Origin: Macrostomum lignano
Taxonomy: Eukaryota
NCBI GenBank assembly: GCA_002269645.1
Contig: NIVC01002034.1
Coordinates: 118,456 to 182,455 of the forward strand
Direction of reading: 5' to 3'
DNA length: 64,000 nt
In this document: one piece after another, positions 60,172 to 64,000 of the stretch
Numbering within the stretch: position 1 is the first letter of the stretch
Layout of the letters: every line of letters begins with the position of its first letter
The notes under the pieces: model-generated
Told to the model about the DNA's origin: nothing
Databases searched by the model: none
The model's input: the letters and a program-made list of their open reading frames with translations, nothing else
Translations under genes and position numbers: made by a program

Positions 60172-63140
60172 TCACGAGCGGGCAAGCCGAGGCAGCTTCT
60201 CAAATAGCGACATCGCCAGGTTGAGCATCAGCACCCACATGGTGTGCGCCAGAGGCACTCGCTTCAAAGTGAACCGCCACACCAGCACACAGAGCAGCAC
60301 GTTCCACATCAGCGACAGCCGCTGCAGCCTGCGGGCGATTAGGGTGACTTGGCGTTGGGCTGGCTGGGTGAGCAGTTTGAGTGGGTAGGGTGTGGGGTCG
60401 GCTGGGTAGGATGTGGGGTCGGCTGGGATGTGGGTTGGCCTGATTGGTTGGGTGGTGTGTGGATCAAGACTAGGCGTTCTGGCTCTGTGTGTTGGGCGGG
60501 TTGGAAGGTGGTAGTTGGAGCTGAGCATGCATTAGGGTGTGCTGGGCAGGTGTGCAGGTGGTAGTTGGAGCTGAGCATGCATTAGGGTGTGCTGGGCAGG
60601 TGTGCAGGTGGTAGTTGGAGCTGAGCATGCATTAGGGTGTGCTGGGCAGGTGTGCGGTGGTAGTTGGAGCTGAGCATGCATTAGTAACTCAGGCTCTGCA
60701 AGGCTTTACTTTCTGATGTGCGCCCTGGCGGAGCCGTTGTCATCAAGGTCCTCTTTGAGCGCGTACTGCTTGACGCCGGTGCAGTAGCGCTCAAGATAGA
60801 GGCGCCAATCTACTTTAGAGGCGTCGCAGTCGAACTCCTGCGGGTCGAGTCAGTTTGAGCAAAATTCCAATAAATGAACAACAAGCACTTTGCTCAGGAT
60901 ACAAGCGAACTCACAAGCCTATCAGACGGGGACATTCGGTCCATAGCGCTGAGCACATTGGTGTTGTTGAACACCCATTCCCGGCTGGTGAAATAGTCCA
61001 GAGACCGGGTCGACTTTCTAATGCGGTTCGACACCCGGACGAACCTGCGGCAGTGAGCAGCATTAAGTTAGAAATCAAAGTTTAAGCTTAGGAGATAACG
61101 GGCACCCAAGTAACTGTTGGTACGGTAGGGTAACAATTTTCTTTACAGTCGATCGGAAAGACAAATTGAACACTCGGTTAAGGCTGTGAGCTGGTCGGTT
61201 TGCTAAACAGCAAGACAGCCACACAAGTCAAATATTCCAGCACAGCATCACTGGTCACCGGTGTTGTCAATCAATCTATTTGCACTGATAATTTTATACA
61301 CAATCAAAGATCATTTTTCCTATATTCCCACATATTCTTGGATGCTGACGGATCCGCTCAAACAGCAAAAAGACGACGGTTTGGTCCGTTCAAGTGACCT
61401 TTTCTGCCATCGGCGACTCCAGTTGGAAGGCCGCATCATCCAGTCGTACTGCCCACAGCTGGTGTAGGAGCTGCTGCTTCTGGCGCTACAGGCCCACCTA
61501 CAAGTGGGGACAGGCATTTCGTCGACTGCCTGTTGGTTGACGCCGGCGCCCCGGCCGAGACGGGTTCTGTGACGATGTCCTCTTTTAAGATCCCACTGAG
61601 CGTAATTCTGCTGATGCTGTTGTCATAGCATTCCCACTGAGCGTATTCTGCTGATCCCATAGCATTCCCATGAGCGTAATTCTGCTGATGCTGTTCCCAT
61701 AGCATTCCCACTGAGCGTAATTCTGCTGATGCTGTTCCCATAGCATTCCCACTGAGCGTAATTCTGCTGATGCTGTTCCCATAGCATTCCCACTGAGCGT
61801 AATTCTGCTGATGCTGTTCCCATAGCATTCCCACTGAGCGTATTCTGCTGATGCTGTTCCCATAGCATTCCCACTGAGCGTAATTCTGCTGATGCTGTTC
61901 CCATAGCATTCCACTGAGCGTAATTCTGCTGATGCTGTTCCATTAGCATTCCACTGAGCGTAATTCTGCTGATGCTGTTCCCATAGAATTCCCACTGAGC
62001 GTATTCTGCTGATGCTGTTCCCATAGCATTCCCACTGAGCGTATTCTGCTGATGCTGTTCCCATAGCATTCCCACTGAGCGTAATTCTGCTGATGCTGTT
62101 CCATAGCATTCCCACTGAGCGTATTCTGCTGATGCTGTTCCCATAGCATTCCCACTGAGCGTATTCTGCTGATGCTGTTCCCATAGCATTCCCACTGAGC
62201 GTATTCTGCTGATGCTGTTCCCATAGCATTCCCACTGAGCGTATTCTGCTGATGCTTGTCATAGTATTCCACTGAGCGTATTCTGCTGATGCTCCCACTG
62301 AGCGTATTCTGCTGATGCTGTTCCCATAGCATTCCCACTGAGCGTATTCTGCTGATGCTGTTCCCATAGCATTCCCACTGAGCGTATTCTGCTGATGCTG
62401 TTGTCATAGTATTCCCACTGAGCGTATTCTGCTGATGCTGTTGTCATAGTATTCCCACTACTACACACATTTTAGAGCCAAAGTCACACACATTTTGTGA
62501 AAACGTAAAACTTATATTTACGCTCGCATTGCAAAATTTTACTGTTGTTTCACCGTGAAGCAAATAAGACAAATTCAAGTCGGAGCTCACACAGTCCTGC
62601 GGCCACTAGCGTACATCCAGAGATCCATGAGGCAGGCGGGCAGCTGGTGATTAAACAGCCAGTTGATGTTGCACCACAGCGAGTTGGTGGTGAAGCTGGC
62701 CTTGGGCAGCCGGATGACGCTTTGGGTCGGGTTGCACACAAAGTACTCGGTGTGATTCGCTCCACATCGCCCCAGGTGAGCCGGTTTCCAGGGCCCACGC
62801 CTGCGTTGTAGACCGTGGCCTGTCGGGAGAACAGGCGGAAGTTCCACACGCTGGAGATGATGATGTTAGTGGCGATATCCACGGGGATGATGTCGGCCTT
62901 GCAGCGGACATCGCCCTGCATCATTCGCAGCAGGCCCTTGCTGATGGCAGCGAAGACACCCGTCGGCCCGTTGAAATTGTCCACCAGCCTGGCAGCGGCT
63001 CCTGCCAGCTGGCGCCAACAATGGAGGGCCGGACAATCACAATTGGCAGGTGGGAAAAGCGGTCCGTCAGGTAAAACTCGGCGAGCTGCTTCGTGAAGGT
63101 GTAGGTATTTGGCTTCTGGCCCAGTAGGCGGGGTGTCACC
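60172..63140 (-). CDS. FAR: Fatty acyl-CoA reductase, 3' exons (5' part outside the window or unresolved), with two 1-nt frameshifts
   Basis: [65 protein letters not shown], and [28 protein letters not shown]. Exons at about 63140-62591, 61044-60915, 60837-60711 and 60325-60172. Confidence 0.87.
60507..60685. repeat. Tandem repeat, 50-bp unit, about 3.5 copies (FAR intron)
   Basis: GGTGGTAGTTGGAGCTGAGCATGCATTAGGGTGTGCTGGGCAGGTGTGCA repeated. Confidence 0.9.
61591..62460. repeat. Tandem repeat, about 41-42-bp unit, about 21 copies (FAR intron)
   Basis: CCCACTGAGCGT(A)ATTCTGCTGATGCTGTTCCCATAGCATT repeated, with small indels. Confidence 0.95.
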
Positions 63141-63576
63141 TGCGGGTCGGGTTCAGCCAGGGCTGAGGCCAATGCAAGGCAAGTCTCTAGCGGGAGAGCC
63201 CAGACAGGCCCAGTAAACTTTTAGAGCACCGGAGCAAACCATAAAAAGAGCTGTCCCTTTAAGTAACCTATAAACCAAAATCACAAAATTTCTTTGAAGA
63301 GCAAAGTGTAAAATGAAATTTAAATTCATTTTTATTATGTCCGAAATCTCAAAAAACTCTCTCTCAGTACTGGACTGGAGTACTGGACAAATCGTCTACC
63401 AAAACTCGAGTATAAAGACGATAGCTTGTGAGCAGCAAAGCAGCGGAAATGTACATTACGTCTGCAGTAGCTGGGCAAAATAGAACAGCCAATGAGTGCC
63501 AATAGAACTTGAGAATATATGGGCCCTGTTTTAACTGCCCAGCTCCACGTCCCAAAGATAATCAATCATACAGCAA

Positions 63577-64000
63577 ATTATCCACAACAGAGTCAGGTAC
63601 ACATCTGCTCACACACTGCCAATTATCCACAACAGTCAGGTACAGATCTGCTCACACACTGCCAATTATCCACAACAGTCAGGTACACATCTGCTCACAC
63701 ACTGCCAATTATCCACAACAGTCAGGTACAGATCTGCTCACACACTGCCAATTATCCACAACAGTCAGGTACAGATCTGCTCACACACTGCCAATTATTC
63801 ACAACAGTCAGGTACACATCTGCTCACACACTGCCAATTATCCACAACAGTCAGGTACAGATCTGCTCACACACTGCCAATTATCCACAACAGTCAGGTA
63901 CAGATCTGCTCACACACTGCCAATTATTCACAACAGTCAGGTACACATCTGCTCACACACTGCCAATTATCCACAACAGTCAGGTACAGTCTGCTCACAC
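63577..64000. repeat. Tandem repeat, 43-bp unit, runs off the window end
   Basis: TTATCCACAACAGTCAGGTACAGATCTGCTCACACACTGCCAA repeated. Confidence 0.95.

Noticed and set aside
61436-62468. Several 150-260-aa repetitive ORFs
   Set aside because: Products of the 41-42-bp intronic array.
63577-64000. About ten TTATCCACA motifs matching the bacterial DnaA-box consensus
   Set aside because: They are simply part of a 43-bp tandem unit in a spliced eukaryotic gene region, with no bacterial genes nearby. Coincidental, not an oriC.

Overview
Eukaryotic (metazoan) genomic DNA with spliced, GC-rich host genes and satellite-filled introns. The style suggests a free-living flatworm such as Macrostomum, but that is inference only. 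The dominant feature is a 14.3-kb endogenous Polinton/Maverick (adintovirus-like) element at 6965-21271. It has AGT-repeat termini, a 6-bp target-site duplication (AGTACT) and long, unequal terminal inverted repeats (about 878 and 1211 bp). It encodes major and minor capsid proteins, a packaging ATPase, an adenain-type protease, a DDE integrase, a protein-primed PolB, a parvovirus-type PLA2, an adenovirus pX-like protein, and several uncharacterised coiled-coil or amphipathic proteins. The copy is defective: pPolB has lost its catalytic motifs through two internal deletions, the ATPase has a nonsense codon and the penton is frameshifted. Its most unusual traits are (i) a 79-aa ORF inside both TIRs whose two copies differ as if under purifying selection, (ii) a right TIR carrying a diverged copy of the penton 3' end, (iii) two divergent gene pairs each separated by exactly 30 AT-rich bp plus a shared T(A)4-6ATG start motif, and (iv) up to four candidate membrane-active proteins. 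Host genes: a 3-exon TPPP/p25-alpha gene, a 2-exon orphan single-pass membrane protein, CFAP65, an Arx/aristaless homeobox gene, an intronless rhodopsin-like GPCR, a KLF zinc-finger gene and the 3' part of a fatty acyl-CoA reductase. Other mobile DNA: two piggyBac elements, a core-deleted Ginger/GIN-like integrase, a LINE fragment, a TA-flanked MITE and a foldback/MULE-like element with a 9-bp TSD. There are about ten tandem repeats. No rRNA, tRNA or CRISPR array was found. All family assignments come from motif recognition by eye, without database searches.
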